From a virus, in IMG/VR virus record IMGVR_UViG_3300047552_000229, positions 2,630 through 66,629 of that record: DNA of 64,000 nt, one strand, 5' to 3'. Positions 26,377 through 34,719 of this stretch are shown here, in pieces. Made by a program: the position numbers and the translations under genes. Positions within the stretch are counted from its first letter, which is position 1, and every line of letters begins with the position of its first letter. Below the pieces are notes generated by a model that had not been told where the DNA came from, ran no database searches, and saw only the letters and a list, made by a program, of their open reading frames with translations.

Positions 26377-26539
26377 TGACAACAGTTTCAGCACGGACTC
26401 TTTCGAGATATCCTCTTGGCTATTCGACGTTGTTGAGTCGGTTAAACGCTTTTTCCGACAGATTTTTGTCAAAACCGGCGATAAAGAGCATGTTATTACC
26501 CGATCAGAGAGTGATGTATGGGTGAACAGAAAGATATAG
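26369..26539 (+). CDS. small hypothetical protein (56 aa)
   Basis: Hand translation (GTG) MFDDNSFSTDSFEISSWLFDVVESVKRFF...RKI*; fills the gap. Confidence 0.5.
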   Translation: MFDDNSFSTDSFEISSWLFDVVESVKRFFRQIFVKTGDKEHVITRSESDVWVNRKI

Positions 26540-27444
26540 TCAGCGTAGCGGTACCGGATCAGGTCGTCGTAACGATCCCTGACGAGTCCGTTGTCGCCTT
26601 TACGCATGACGAACCCACCGTTGTAGTCGTCCAAGACCAAGACGCGATTGCTATTGAAGAGCAGTCCATATACGTAGTTACCATGGGGCAGGCCGGTCCC
26701 GCAGGCTACGGCGACTCGAACTACAACCGCGCCACTGCTATGGTCATTACGGTGGGCGGGGCTACACCGGGCACTACCTTCGCCGGTACAGTCCAAGACG
26801 CACTCGACAAAATTCTGTACCCGTACCAGAACCCCTCGTTCACTGCATTTAGTTTCCCACAGGGAAACTTGGAGGTGGGGGCGGTCATGTCTGGCGGTTC
26901 CAAGACCTTCACATGGAGTACCTCGAACTCAGGCTCTGTGCAGGCGAACACCATCAAGATCGAAGACATCACCACCCCTACTGTGCTGCTTACCGGTGGG
27001 GCGAACGACGGCACGGAAGACCTGACCATCTCAGGCATCACGAACGTCACCAACACAAGCCACACATGGCGCATCACAGCTACCAACACCCAGAGTGGGC
27101 TGTTCACCCGTGACTTCACGCTGTTCTGGCAGTGGAAGCGGTATTATGGCGAGAGCACGCTGCCCTCACTGACTGAGAACGACATCGAGGCTCTGCGCGT
27201 GGGCGGGCTAGTGTCGCAGGCCGGTGGCACCTACTCCTTCGTAGGCGGTGGGTACAAGTACTACGCCTACCCCACGGCACTTGGGCTGCGTACGGTGTTC
27301 CGGGACGTGAATACGAACTTTGCAGTGTCGATGGAGCCACCTACCACGGTGTCTGTGACTAACGTGTACGGCGTCACTACGGACTATTACGTGCACCGCA
27401 CTACGAACATACTGGGAGGCGCAATCACGATTGCGATAAGCTAA
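26518..27444 (+). CDS. fibre-associated protein with an Ig-like domain
   Basis: Val-rich N-terminus, GQAGPAG collagen-like triplets, TVQDALDKILYPY, beta-rich C-terminus. Confidence 0.65.
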   Translation: MGEQKDIVSVAVPDQVVVTIPDESVVAFTHDEPTVVVVQDQDAIAIEEQSIYVVTMGQAGPAGYGDSNYNRATAMVITVGGATPGTTFAGTVQDALDKILYPYQNPSFTAFSFPQGNLEVGAVMSGGSKTFTWSTSNSGSVQANTIKIEDITTPTVLLTGGANDGTEDLTISGITNVTNTSHTWRITATNTQSGLFTRDFTLFWQWKRYYGESTLPSLTENDIEALRVGGLVSQAGGTYSFVGGGYKYYAYPTALGLRTVFRDVNTNFAVSMEPPTTVSVTNVYGVTTDYYVHRTTNILGGAITIAIS

Positions 27445-28013
27445 TGCCAGTACCAGTCACAGACTACATCAGCACAACCGCTCCGTCCGACACCTTTGCC
27501 ACGCACGACAGCACTCTGGGCAAGGGTGGATGGCGCGAGGTGGCTAGTAACGCTGCACGTGATGCCATTACTACTGAACGACGCTCTGAAGGCATGGCCG
27601 TGTTCACCCGCGACACCGGTACGTTGTGGGTACTGGCCGCAGACCTCCTCACTTGGAACGAGTTCGCAGGTGGCGGCGGTGGGGCTACAGCCCTTACCCT
27701 CGAAGCAGGCGAGAACTTGACGGCAGGCACTCCTGTGAAGGTATCTGCCAACAAGGTGTACGCAGCTAACGCAGCAGTTGACCCCGGAGTGATTGGGCTA
27801 ATAAAAACCGACGTGTTATCAACATTCATGGCGGAGATTGTTAACACCGGGAACATGACTTTAGCGGGGCTTTCAGCAGGCTCCCCATATTTTGTAGGGA
27901 ATGGTACTATATCGCTAACGCCACCTAGTTCTGGCTATGTTATCCGGGTCGGTACGGCGGTAAAAAGCGATACTCTTGTCGTCAACATCGAGGAACCGAT
28001 CCTCTTAGCTTAA
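27444..28013 (+). CDS. head/tail fibre base protein with a DUF2190-like C-terminal domain
   Basis: RDAI..ERR.EGM.V module followed by LEAGENLTAGTPV...GL.AGSPYFV. Confidence 0.55.
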   Translation: MPVPVTDYISTTAPSDTFATHDSTLGKGGWREVASNAARDAITTERRSEGMAVFTRDTGTLWVLAADLLTWNEFAGGGGGATALTLEAGENLTAGTPVKVSANKVYAANAAVDPGVIGLIKTDVLSTFMAEIVNTGNMTLAGLSAGSPYFVGNGTISLTPPSSGYVIRVGTAVKSDTLVVNIEEPILLA

Positions 28014-28023
28014 GGAGCACATC

Positions 28024-28500
28024 ATGGCAGTCCAAAAACCTCTGGTCATCATCAACGGTCAAGTTCAACAAATCCCTTCCGGCGACACTCTGTCTGCTGC
28101 ATCGTCTGAAGTTGATGTCGTCAGCATGACCAACGCCAACGCAGGCGCAATCACTGTCGGTATGCCGGTATATGTGTCCGCAGCAGGTTCTGTGAACAAG
28201 GCAAGCGCAGGCGCTGCCGGTACTCGTCAGGTTCTGGGTCTGGTCAAGGACGCGTCGATTGCCGCAGCAGGCTCTGGTTTCATCCAGACCGACGGTATTC
28301 TGGCGTCAGCAGACTGGACCGCAGTTGTTGGTACGACCACTCTGACAGCCGGTTCTGTCTACTACCTCTCCGCTACAGCCGGTCAACTGACCACCACCGC
28401 CCCCACTGGTTCTGGTAACTACGTGTGTAAGGTCGGTGTTGCAATCAGCACCACTGAGTTGGAGATCACCACCGACCATAACGGCATTCTGCTCGCCTAA
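28024..28500 (+). CDS. DUF2190-like capsid fibre/decoration protein
   Basis: AITVGMPVYV...VNKASA...LGLV...LTAGSVYYLS...G.LTTTAP...VGVA.S.TEL; SD TAAGGAG. Confidence 0.65.
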   Translation: MAVQKPLVIINGQVQQIPSGDTLSAASSEVDVVSMTNANAGAITVGMPVYVSAAGSVNKASAGAAGTRQVLGLVKDASIAAAGSGFIQTDGILASADWTAVVGTTTLTAGSVYYLSATAGQLTTTAPTGSGNYVCKVGVAISTTELEITTDHNGILLA

Positions 28501-28682
28501 TGGCCGAACGCAGACCGCTAACGATCATTGGAGGGCAGGTACAAGAACTGCCCTCTGGTGATACTGTTGCCGGAGCACCCGGATCGTCTGCGTGGAAGGA
28601 ACCCGTAACCGTGTATAACTCTGGGTCGCCCGAAGTGGTCTTTGACTATGATGGCGATGTGGTGATGGTAGATGCTTCATAA
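28500..28682 (+). CDS. small protein sharing its N-terminus with 28024..28500
   Basis: MAERRPLTIIGGQVQELPSGDTV versus MAVQKPLVIINGQVQQIPSGDTL. Confidence 0.7.
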   Translation: MAERRPLTIIGGQVQELPSGDTVAGAPGSSAWKEPVTVYNSGSPEVVFDYDGDVVMVDAS

Positions 28683-29016
28683 GAACATAGCCGCAGGTAG
28701 TATCCATGTCCCGTACAACTGGTCTTACGCCAATGCCGCAGCACGTACCGGCGCTACTGGATTTGTGGCCGGTGATCTCGGCACTCTCGCTCGCCAGACT
28801 GACAACGACTCGCTGTGGATGCTTACTGCTACAACGCCTACTTGGGTTCAGGTGGGGGTGTCGAGTACGTTCACTTCAGGCGCGGCGGGGTTAGCGCCCG
28901 CTTCTGGCGGGGGAACTTCTAATTATTTGCGCGCCGATGGTACGTGGGCAGCGCCTTCCGGCGGCGGCGGTGGTTCTGTCCCGGACTTCTTACTTCAGAA
29001 TGCAGGAATTATTTAA
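28672..29016 (+). CDS. fibre-repeat protein
   Basis: AGLAPASGGGTSNYLRADGTWAAP fibre-shaft motif. Confidence 0.7.
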   Translation: MLHKNIAAGSIHVPYNWSYANAAARTGATGFVAGDLGTLARQTDNDSLWMLTATTPTWVQVGVSSTFTSGAAGLAPASGGGTSNYLRADGTWAAPSGGGGGSVPDFLLQNAGII

Positions 29017-29028
29017 GAGGTACCTACT

Positions 29029-29412
29029 ATGTCATCTACAGCAAATTACGCAGCTACACCCGCACCGGCTCTGGGGCAAGTCTCTACGGCCAACACCGCC
29101 AGAGACGGAACCGGCACAATCGCTACAATCCTGACTGCGGGAGCTAGCGGGACACGAGTAGACGATATCAACATCACTGCGGTTGGAACTACCACTGCCG
29201 GTATGATCCGATTGTTTTTGCATGACGGAACCAACACCCGGTTGTACAAAGAAATTCCGGTGTCGGCCATTACTCCTAGTGCGACAGTCGCAGCATTCAC
29301 TACTACGCTCGGCGCTCTGTCGCTAGTTCTGAAGAATGGGTGGTCGTTGCGGGCTACTACGCACAACGCAGAGACGTTTAACATCAACGTGACACGGGCC
29401 GGAGACTTCTAA
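29029..29412 (+). CDS. virion structural protein
   Basis: ANTARDGTG...TAGASGTRVD..., beta-rich; coupled to the Gly-rich gene. Confidence 0.65.
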   Translation: MSSTANYAATPAPALGQVSTANTARDGTGTIATILTAGASGTRVDDINITAVGTTTAGMIRLFLHDGTNTRLYKEIPVSAITPSATVAAFTTTLGALSLVLKNGWSLRATTHNAETFNINVTRAGDF

Positions 29413-30230
29413 TGAACGAAGGGATAATCGCAGGAATCCCCTCATCTACTGCCGTAGGAAAGATAGTAGAAGTCTACATGTGGGGCGGCGGTGGCGGTTG
29501 CCACTCTGGGTCTAGTGGTCCGGGCGGGCCGGGCGGATACGCGTATGTAAAGCTAACTGGCGTATTCATCGGAACAATGCTTACTCTCAAAGTAGGCAGA
29601 GGCGGTGGAGCGTATGGCTCTAACGGTGGAGCATCAGGATACGGAGGTTGGCCTAACGGTGGCGGCTCTAATGACGGCCCCGGAGGCGGTGGACGTTCGC
29701 AAGTGTCGCTCGCAGGTAGCACGCTAGGCGTAGCAGGCGGCGGTGGCGGTTCAGGACGTAATGGTTCATCCGGAGGTGGTGCAGGTGGCGGTAGCTCCGG
29801 CACAGTACCAACTGCTGCGGGCGGTGGCGCAGGTACTAGCGTCGCAGGTGGTGCAGGGCACGGTAACGGTACAGCAGGTACTCAGTACGCAGGCGGTTAC
29901 GCTACTTCGTACGGCGGTGGCGGTGGCGATGGTTGGTACGGCGGTGGCGGTGGCGGTGATGCAGGCGGATATGCAGGCGCAGGCGGCGGTGGCTCAGGAC
30001 GCATCGCTACTGACGGGCCTTTCAACTGCACAGGCACTACAACAGCAGGCGCAGCCGGTGGCGCTCCCCCGAACGTATCGAGCACGTATTACTCCGGCTC
30101 CGCAGGGTACGGAGGTGCGGCCTCTACCAACTCCAACGGTAATGACGGACGTATTGTCGTTGTGGTGGATGGGGTAGCTACGGCGTTTACCTATACAGGC
30201 GCAGATCAATCATTTACGGTGACATCATGA
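29412..30230 (+). CDS. glycine-rich (polyglycine) adhesin-like protein
   Basis: MWGGGGG...GGPGGY...VGRGG...VAGGGGGSG...GGGGDGWYGGGGG...DGRIVV. Confidence 0.75.
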   Translation: MNEGIIAGIPSSTAVGKIVEVYMWGGGGGCHSGSSGPGGPGGYAYVKLTGVFIGTMLTLKVGRGGGAYGSNGGASGYGGWPNGGGSNDGPGGGGRSQVSLAGSTLGVAGGGGGSGRNGSSGGGAGGGSSGTVPTAAGGGAGTSVAGGAGHGNGTAGTQYAGGYATSYGGGGGDGWYGGGGGGDAGGYAGAGGGGSGRIATDGPFNCTGTTTAGAAGGAPPNVSSTYYSGSAGYGGAASTNSNGNDGRIVVVVDGVATAFTYTGADQSFTVTS

Positions 30231-30670
30231 GATACGTAGACAGCAACGGACTTGACGTACAAGGCGATGACGCACTCGGTAACGTCGAACTCGCAGGGCA
30301 AGGCATATACCGGGTCATCGTATTCAAGCCGCCGTTGGAGAATGGGTACGAGTACGGAACCCCAATTCTGAAGAAAGAGGACTACAACTTTGTCGAAGAA
30401 TGGCCTGTGGTGAAGCTGCCTAACACAGAAACTACTCCACCTCCGGCTCGTATCCTCACTCGGCTTGCGTTCCTTGACCGCTTCTCAGTGCAAGAATTAA
30501 CCACGCTGTACACCGCTGCGCCTGCCTCCCCACAGATACAAGTGTGGTTGGACATGTACCGCGTTTCTGATGAGATCAACCTAGATGACGCCCGCCTTAT
30601 TGCGGGTGTAGAAGGGCTTGAGAATGCAGGAATTATTGGTGTTGGACGCGCTGCTCAAGTATTGGCATAA
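30227..30670 (+). CDS. tail-fibre assembly/chaperone-like protein
   Basis: LTRLAFLDRFS..EL...INLDD......G...L...G......RA..L; follows the adhesin. Confidence 0.6.
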   Translation: MRYVDSNGLDVQGDDALGNVELAGQGIYRVIVFKPPLENGYEYGTPILKKEDYNFVEEWPVVKLPNTETTPPPARILTRLAFLDRFSVQELTTLYTAAPASPQIQVWLDMYRVSDEINLDDARLIAGVEGLENAGIIGVGRAAQVLA

Positions 30671-30698
30671 TATCGAAAAATACCAACAAGGAATGGAT

Positions 30699-31043
30699 AT
30701 GGATTTATACGCCGTGTTGTGGAATGCCGGGCTAACAATCGGTGTAGGGTTCATGACCTTCATGGTTAACAGGGTAGCCAATACTCTGGACAACCTACAG
30801 AAAACAGACTCAGACATTAGCAAGGAAGTGCATAAGCTGAAGGCCGATACGATGACTCGTATCGAAGTTGATAGGCTGATGGAACGCATGGAGAGTCGCA
30901 TAGAGTCCTACCACTCTATGCACGTTGAAACCTCCAAGGTGATCTTTGCAAAGCTAGACCTCATCGTGGACAAGGTGGCCGACAAGGTATCACGCGATGA
31001 CTGCAACAACCGAATGGGCGATAGGCGAGCACTCCGTGACTAA
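30699..31043 (+). CDS. single-TM coiled-coil protein (holin/antiholin-like)
   Basis: N-terminal TM followed by a coiled coil; first gene of the lysis cluster. Confidence 0.55.
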   Translation: MDLYAVLWNAGLTIGVGFMTFMVNRVANTLDNLQKTDSDISKEVHKLKADTMTRIEVDRLMERMESRIESYHSMHVETSKVIFAKLDLIVDKVADKVSRDDCNNRMGDRRALRD

Positions 31044-31203
31044 AGAGAACATCACGCGCTTAGTCAGACCCTGCCTCACCTGCGGTGAGCCAACCCCCTA
31101 CGCGGATCAATACTGTGAGACATGTGAACCCCCTGCAAAGGTTGATCCTCACCCGTTCCAACCGGCTTACAAAGACTACCATGCTCCCGATGAAACTAAG
31201 TGA
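31036..31203 (+). CDS. small Zn-finger protein
   Basis: GTG start; CLTC...CETC. Confidence 0.5.
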   Translation: MTKENITRLVRPCLTCGEPTPYADQYCETCEPPAKVDPHPFQPAYKDYHAPDETK

Positions 31204-31636
31204 ACACTTCTCCCTCGCAGAAGCTACCTTCTCTGAGGCAGGCACGCGCAAAGGACTGATCAATGAACCCGATGCAGCAGCACTGGTGCACATGTTGGAA
31301 GCAGCTAAAGAGATGGAGCGAGTTCGTGATCTGCTTGGTCGGGGGATTCACGTTAATAGTTGGTTCCGTAGTCCTGACGTTAATGCTGCGGTGGGGTCTT
31401 CGAGTACATCGGACCATCTCAAGGGCTTCGCCATCGACTTTACCTGCCCTGCTTTCGGAACCCCTCTGGAAGTCTGCAAAACGATTGTTGCATCAAGTAT
31501 TGAGTTCTCCCAACTCATCTGGGAAGGTACTTGGGTGCATATCAGTTTCAACCCTGCGCGGATTCATAAGAGAGAAGTCCTGACTGCTCACTTCGCTCCG
31601 GGCCGTAAGCCGCACTACACAAAAGGCTTGCCGTGA
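31190..31636 (+). CDS. endolysin, peptidase M15A family
   Basis: MKLSEHFSLAE, SWFRS..VN..VG....SDH.KG.AIDF, WVHIS (zinc ligands H, D, H). Confidence 0.9.
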   Translation: MKLSEHFSLAEATFSEAGTRKGLINEPDAAALVHMLEAAKEMERVRDLLGRGIHVNSWFRSPDVNAAVGSSSTSDHLKGFAIDFTCPAFGTPLEVCKTIVASSIEFSQLIWEGTWVHISFNPARIHKREVLTAHFAPGRKPHYTKGLP

Positions 31637-32025
31637 AAGAGTTCGACATCTGGGACGCCATAGCCATCGCAGTGGCACTGCTGCTGTTCATCTATTCGTT
31701 CGAGGTGTTCGCTCTACCTGACCCTGCCAAGATAGAAACCCGCTGTTGCGTGCCTGTGGTTCGTGATGCCAACGGTAAGATCGCACGCAGAGCCGACGTG
31801 CTCGTAGCGTTTCAGCAGATACACCCATGCCCCTCCACAGGGCTGACTACCGGCGCTTGCCCGAACTGGTACAAGGATCACGTAATCCCTCTGGCCTGTG
31901 GTGGCACTGATACGATCCCCAACCTCCAGTGGCTACCGGGTCCGATCAAGAACGCAGCGGGTGTGTACCCGAAGGATAGGTGGGAGCGTAAGATCAACTG
32001 CCTGCCCAGAGAGATCGTAAAATGA
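31633..32025 (+). CDS. HNH-fold protein with an N-terminal signal/TM segment
   Basis: AIAIAVALLLFIYSFEVFA leader; HPCPSTG...CP.W.KDHVIPLACGG.D...NLQWL. Confidence 0.75.
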   Translation: MKEFDIWDAIAIAVALLLFIYSFEVFALPDPAKIETRCCVPVVRDANGKIARRADVLVAFQQIHPCPSTGLTTGACPNWYKDHVIPLACGGTDTIPNLQWLPGPIKNAAGVYPKDRWERKINCLPREIVK

Positions 32026-32231
32026 TGTGGCGCGATAAGAACGGCACGTTCAGTGCCAGTAAGTTCTGGGCTACGGTAGCCAACGCTACCGGCACGTTCG
32101 TAATCATCAAGGTGACATTGTTGGGCAACATCACTGCTGAGTTGCTGTTCAGCTACATGGCCGTAGTAGGCGGCGCGGACGTGGTTAAAAAAGGGCTGAC
32201 GATGCACTATGGGGATAAAGAAACTAGATAG
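32022..32231 (+). CDS. putative holin (2 TM)
   Basis: D.NG.FSASKFW, two hydrophobic segments and a charged tail. Confidence 0.65.
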   Translation: MMWRDKNGTFSASKFWATVANATGTFVIIKVTLLGNITAELLFSYMAVVGGADVVKKGLTMHYGDKETR

Positions 32232-32315
32232 GCGTGACCGTACCTCCCCATGCAGGGAGTGTGAGGTTGGCGTCAAGGAACGAGTCAAACAACATGGAAA
32301 GGTTTGGTGGCCTAA

Positions 32316-32519
32316 ATGTTTAGATGCACACTCATTGCAGTACCCCTACTCCTTACAGGATGCGCCGGAGTCTTCAACGCAGCAGTGCAGAACCTGCCAA
32401 GCGTCAAAGATTGCAACCATGTGGCCTACGAACGAACCGGGAACCAAGTTAAAATCGTAGCTGACTGCCAGATTCCCATGCAGAACAACGGCCTTCTTTC
32501 TATCCCCGGTGTACCGTGA
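32316..32519 (+). CDS. lipoprotein
   Basis: Lipobox LLLTG-C at residue 16. Confidence 0.7.
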   Translation: MFRCTLIAVPLLLTGCAGVFNAAVQNLPSVKDCNHVAYERTGNQVKIVADCQIPMQNNGLLSIPGVP

Positions 32520-32929
32520 GCAAGATCAGATACAAGGAAGGGTACAAATATCAACTGGCGGAGACGTATCAGCATCAACTGCCTTTTGAAGTGCCGATGA
32601 TAAAATTAGACCATGACTTTATTGAAATCGGCGCAAACAACCTACTCACGATTGCTCAAGGCTATGCGTACGATGGTCCGTCAGGACCCACTGTTGATAC
32701 AGCTAATTTTATGCGTGGCAGTCTGGTACACGATGCTCTTTATCAACTTATGCGCGATGGACGCCTTGACCGTGGAGTCTATAAAGACCTTGCGGACCGC
32801 GAACTCCAACGCATCTGTATTGAGGACGGTATGTCCAAAATGAGAGCATGGTATGTTTATATGGGTGTTAAACTAGGCGGTAAGTCGGCTACTGAGCCGA
32901 GGACCAACGACGTTATCGAGGCCCCATAA
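32516..32929 (+). CDS. DUF1353-like protein (zincin-like HDxxY motif)
   Basis: GYAYDGPSGP...SLVHDALYQL...ADREL...RAW.VY.GV..GG. Confidence 0.8.
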   Translation: MSKIRYKEGYKYQLAETYQHQLPFEVPMIKLDHDFIEIGANNLLTIAQGYAYDGPSGPTVDTANFMRGSLVHDALYQLMRDGRLDRGVYKDLADRELQRICIEDGMSKMRAWYVYMGVKLGGKSATEPRTNDVIEAP

Positions 32930-34119
32930 TGTTCCCAACACCCAAGCTATCTGTCGATAAGTTCCGTGGACTGAACAATGTCCGTGATCCTATGCGCGGT
33001 TCGCCTGCTGATAGACAGCTTGGCAAGTGGGAGTGGCAGCAGGTTGCGGACAACATCAACATCACAGATGACGGCCAGATCGTTACGCGTGACGGGTATA
33101 TCCCGTTCCTTCCGATCCCTGTAGCATCTGCATACAGTACGTTCCACTACGATAAATTATTCGTCCTCTCAGGCACAGACCTTCTGGAGGTCTTTGATAC
33201 GGGTTCTACGATAACTCGTGCTACGAATGTAGTCGGACCTGTGTACTGGGCCGAAGTGAACGACGAAGTGTACGTGTCAGCCCGGAACGTGAAGCTACAG
33301 ATACTCCCGGACGGTACTGTCCGTCCTTGGGGCGTTCCTACAGCCACTCAGCCAAGCATCTCTGGCATGACCGGAAACCTTTACCCGGACGTATACAAAG
33401 TTTGCTGTACGTTCGTAGATGCATGGGGGCGTGAAGGTGGAGCTAGCCCTGCGACAGAATTTTATGCCATCGACGGCGGCATGACGATCTCGAACATCCC
33501 ACAACTGGCGGGCTACACAACCAATGTGTATGTTACTGAAGGCGTAGTGTTCTACCGGGTCGAGATTCCAGTCGGTGCTACGAGCTTCAACTATCTGGTC
33601 GGTGCCTCGCAGCGCGAGCTAACCAACATGTTCTTGGATGAGCCGCCACTCAACGGCACATACGCTACGCACTACAAGGGGCGCATGTATATGTCGGAGT
33701 ACTTCCCACAATCGAACATGACGGTTGTGTGGGAGAGCGAGCCTCTGGCTTTCCACAACTTCAACTACAACTCTGGGTACTTGTTGGTGCCCGGAGAGGT
33801 TACGCAGATGGTTGGTACAGAGACGGTTATGTGCATCTTGACGCGTAATCGTACCTACTTGTATGATGGAGAAGCTATTCAACAAGCGGCTGAATATGGG
33901 GCAGTGCCCGGTCAGCACGTTGATATTGGCTCGGATGGTAAGGCGTACTTCTGGACAACCAGAGGGTTATGCAGCGTAGCGCCTTTCGAAAACCTGACAG
34001 AGAAGAGTGTGAGCGTAGCTCCCGGAATCTCGGCAGGTGGTGGTATCATAGAGCAACACGGCTACAAGAGATTCGTAGCTATCATTGAACAAGGCGGCGA
34101 GGCGTTTAATAGACGATGA
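32929..34119 (+). CDS. tail/nozzle-related structural protein
   Basis: FRGLNNV...NINITDDG....R.GY start as in podovirus tail-hub proteins; beta-rich. Confidence 0.6.
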   Translation: MFPTPKLSVDKFRGLNNVRDPMRGSPADRQLGKWEWQQVADNINITDDGQIVTRDGYIPFLPIPVASAYSTFHYDKLFVLSGTDLLEVFDTGSTITRATNVVGPVYWAEVNDEVYVSARNVKLQILPDGTVRPWGVPTATQPSISGMTGNLYPDVYKVCCTFVDAWGREGGASPATEFYAIDGGMTISNIPQLAGYTTNVYVTEGVVFYRVEIPVGATSFNYLVGASQRELTNMFLDEPPLNGTYATHYKGRMYMSEYFPQSNMTVVWESEPLAFHNFNYNSGYLLVPGEVTQMVGTETVMCILTRNRTYLYDGEAIQQAAEYGAVPGQHVDIGSDGKAYFWTTRGLCSVAPFENLTEKSVSVAPGISAGGGIIEQHGYKRFVAIIEQGGEAFNRR

Positions 34120-34295
34120 TCTGTCCGAAGTGTGGCTTCTCATTCTGCGTATGTCAGAAGGAATGCCCGGAATGCAAACGCAAGATTGAGTCGGTACCGG
34201 AAGCTGTAAGGCAGACGATAGCTGACATACAACAACGGTTATTTGGAAAGAAGGAGAAGCAACATGACTGTACGTCTATCGACAGGTCTTCGTAA
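34116..34295 (+). CDS. small Cys-rich protein (59 aa)
   Basis: Hand translation MICPKCGFSFCVCQKECPECKRK...; ATGA overlap. Confidence 0.5.
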   Translation: MICPKCGFSFCVCQKECPECKRKIESVPEAVRQTIADIQQRLFGKKEKQHDCTSIDRSS

Positions 34296-34716
34296 CAAGA
34301 TGCTTGATGGAGGTGCCTCCGGTGGTATTAAGGCCGGTCTGAACCTCGGCTTCATCAACATCTACTCTGGCCCTCAGCCCGCTACTGCCGACTTGGCTGC
34401 TACCGGTACCTTTCTCGGAAAGGTTTCTGTAAACGCCGATGGAGTTACTGGTTTGACGTTCGACGCCGCTGCTGCGGGTACGATCTCCAAGGCTGCTATT
34501 GAAGCGTGGAAGTTCAACGGCGCTGCTGACGGTACCGCAGGATGGTTTCGTTTCTACGAACCTACCGACACCCCGACATCAGGCTCTGCTGTTAAGGCAC
34601 GTATTGACGGCTCTATCGCTACCTCTGGTGCTGACATGAACCTGTCGAACATCGCCATTACTACCGGTGCTCCCAACACTGTGGACGTGTTTACGTTCAC
34701 CCTGCCTGCACAGTAA
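34264..34716 (+). CDS. virion tail protein
   Basis: MTVRLSTGLRNKML...IYSGPQPATAD...GTAGWFR...RIDG; SD AAGGAG. Confidence 0.75.
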   Translation: MTVRLSTGLRNKMLDGGASGGIKAGLNLGFINIYSGPQPATADLAATGTFLGKVSVNADGVTGLTFDAAAAGTISKAAIEAWKFNGAADGTAGWFRFYEPTDTPTSGSAVKARIDGSIATSGADMNLSNIAITTGAPNTVDVFTFTLPAQ

Positions 34717-34719
34717 TCG

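Noticed and set aside
29412-30230. GGCGGT repeats as an array or DGR target
   Set aside because: Explained by poly-Gly codons; no reverse transcriptase and no adenine-variant template repeat seen.
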